From Eledone cirrhosa (Eukaryota), in the NCBI GenBank assembly GCA_964016885.1, contig OZ024744.1, positions 930,001 to 994,000 of the forward strand: a stretch of 64,000 nt of DNA. The letters run 5' to 3'. Within the stretch, counting starts at the first letter, position 1. The number at the start of each line of letters is the position of its first letter. The notes beneath the pieces are model-generated. The model worked only from the letters and a program-made list of their open reading frames with translations, was not told where the DNA came from and did no database searches. Position numbers and translations under genes: made by a program. This document shows, piece after piece, positions 62,601 to 64,000 of this stretch.

Positions 62601-64000
62601 TTTTGAGGGAAGACAAGGTAGAGAAAGATAGCTTGGTGAAGAACGAAGTTTTGAGGGAAGACAAGGTAGAGAAAGATAGCTTGATGAAGAACGAAGTTTT
62701 GAGGGAAGACAAGGTAGAGAAAGATAGCTTGGTGAAGAACGACGTTTTGGGTGAAGACAATGTAGAGAAAGATAGCTTGATGAAGAACGAAGTTTTGGGG
62801 GAAGACAAGGTAGAGAAAGATAGCTTGGTGAAGAACGAAGTTTTGAGGGAAGACAAGGTAGAGAAAGATAGTTGGTGGAGAACGAAATTTTGAGCGAAGA
62901 CAAGGTAGAGAAAGATAGCTTGGTGAAGAACGACGTTTTGAGGGAAGACAAGGTAGAGAAAGATAGCTTGGTGAAGAACGACGTTTTGAGGGAAGACAAG
63001 GTAGAGAAAGATAGCTTGGTGAAGAACGAAGTTTTGGGGGAAGACAAGGTAGAGAAAGATAGCTTGATGAAGTACGAAGTTTTGGGGGAAGACAAGGTAG
63101 AGAAAGATAGCTTGGTGAAGAACGACGTTTTGTGGGAAGACAAGGTAGAGAAACATAATTGGTGAAGAACGAAATTTTGAGGGAAGACAAGGTAGAGAAA
63201 GATAGCTTGGTGAAGAACGAAGTTTTGAGGGAAGACAAGGTAGAGAAAGATAGCTTGATGAAGAACGAAGTTTTGAGGGAAGACAAGGTAGAGAAAGATA
63301 GCTTGGTGAAGAACGAAGTTTTGAGGGAAGACAAGGTAGAGAAAGATAGCTTGGTGAAGAACGAAGTTTTGGGGGAAGACAAGGTAGAGAAAGATAGCTT
63401 GGTGAAGAACGAAGTTTTGAGGGAAGACAAGGTAGAGAAAGATAGCTTGATGAAGAACGAAGTTTTGAGGGAAGACAAGGTAGAGAAAGATAGCTTGGTG
63501 AAGAACGAAGTTTTGAGGGAAGACAAAGTATAGAAAGATAGCTTGGTGAAGAACGAAGTTTTGCGGGAAGACGATGTAGAGAAAGATAGCTTGATGAAGA
63601 ACGAAGTTTTGGGGGAAGACAAGGTAGAGAAAGATAGCTTGGTGAAGAACGAAGTTTTGAGGGAAGACAAGGTAGAGAAAGATAGCTTGGTGAAGAACGA
63701 AGTTTTGGGGGAAGACAAGGTAGAGAAAGATAGCTTGGTGAAGAACGAAGTTTTGAGGAAAGACAAGGTAGAGAAAGATAGTTGGTGAAGAACGAAATTT
63801 TGAGCGAAGACAAGGTAGAGAAAGATAGCTTGGTGAAGAACGACGTTTTGAGGGAAGACAAGGTAGAGAAAGATAGCTTGGTGAAGAACGACGTTTTGGG
63901 GGAAGACAAGGTAGAGAAAGATAGCTTGGTGAAGAACGAAGTTTTGGGGGAAGACAAGGTAGAGAAAGATAGCTTGATGAAGTACGAAGTTTTGGGGGAA
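55600..64000 (+). repeat. Tandem duplication, period 4983 bp (104 monomers), second copy cut by the window end
   Basis: 55637/60620, 55924/60907, 56739/61722, 57026/62009, 57889/62872 and 58560/63543 match. Shared markers are AAGGTGGAG (about 56679/61662) and TTGGTGGAGAAC (57889/62872). Confidence 0.88.

Larger units (their letters stand above)
1..64000 (+). repeat. 48-bp tandem satellite array, about 1,335 monomers, extends beyond both window edges
   Basis: The unit AGCTTGGTGAAGAACGAAGTTTTG(A/G)GGGAAGACAAGGTAGAGAAAGAT recurs at 1, 49, 97, 145... through 63971. Most monomers differ from consensus at 0-2 positions, and a minority are 47 bp. Consensus composition is 19 A, 17 G, 9 T, 3 C. Confidence 0.99.

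Noticed and set aside
4-63788. More than 150 short + strand ORFs as an operon of translationally coupled genes (TTGGTGA start/stop overlap)
   Set aside because: The GTGA overlap is an automatic result of deleting one base before TTGGTGA. The ORFs are purely repeat, and their lengths follow duplication history.
18088-63957. 15,289-aa minus-strand ORF and the other giant minus ORFs as real genes
   Set aside because: All three minus frames are open simply because the monomer lacks stop triplets. The ORFs overlap each other, switch peptide at every deletion, and have no unique domain.
1-64000. CRISPR array or other repeat-spacer system
   Set aside because: Monomers abut directly with no unique spacers, no leader and no cas genes, and the repeat is not palindromic.
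34400-64000. Several duplication periods are multiples of 3 (1965, 2253, 1821, 2109, 4983)
   Set aside because: Others are not (6082, 2203, 2780, 2828, 1247, 1150, 10975). The value depends only on the number of 47-bp monomers, and there is no frame to preserve.
1-64000. Telomeric repeat or strong G-quadruplex array (TTTTGGGGG, TTTTAGGG)
   Set aside because: There is only one G3-G5 run per 48 bp, embedded in other sequence. TTTTAGGG is a rare deletion variant, not a tandem telomere motif.
1-64000. Purely artefactual concatemer (rolling-circle or synthetic)
   Set aside because: Hierarchical, position-dependent shared variants imply an evolutionary history rather than copies of one template. 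Individual duplications could still be assembly errors.

Overview
The whole 64-kb window is one uninterrupted head-to-tail tandem array (satellite/minisatellite-type DNA) of a 48-bp monomer, consensus AGCTTGGTGAAGAACGAAGTTTTG(A/G)GGGAAGACAAGGTAGAGAAAGAT, with about 1,335 copies, all in one orientation and running off both ends. I see no unique sequence, credible gene, RNA gene, CRISPR spacer or transposon. The ORF track is a by-product of the monomer. The + strand has one open frame (16-aa unit SLVKNEVL[R/G]EDKVEKD) broken by recurrent 1-bp deletions and stops. The - strand is open in all three frames because the consensus lacks TTA/CTA/TCA. The informative signal is the pattern of monomer variants: a 287-bp six-monomer cassette in about 36 copies, irregular 1.0-1.7 kb higher-order units, nested duplications with offsets from about 1.1 to 16 kb, and a left-to-right turnover of diagnostic variants. 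The host and any function (centromeric, heterochromatic, or derived from a coding repeat) cannot be determined from the sequence. I cannot support a novel protein-coding system here. Duplication boundaries are read by eye from the ORF track and marker variants and are approximate.
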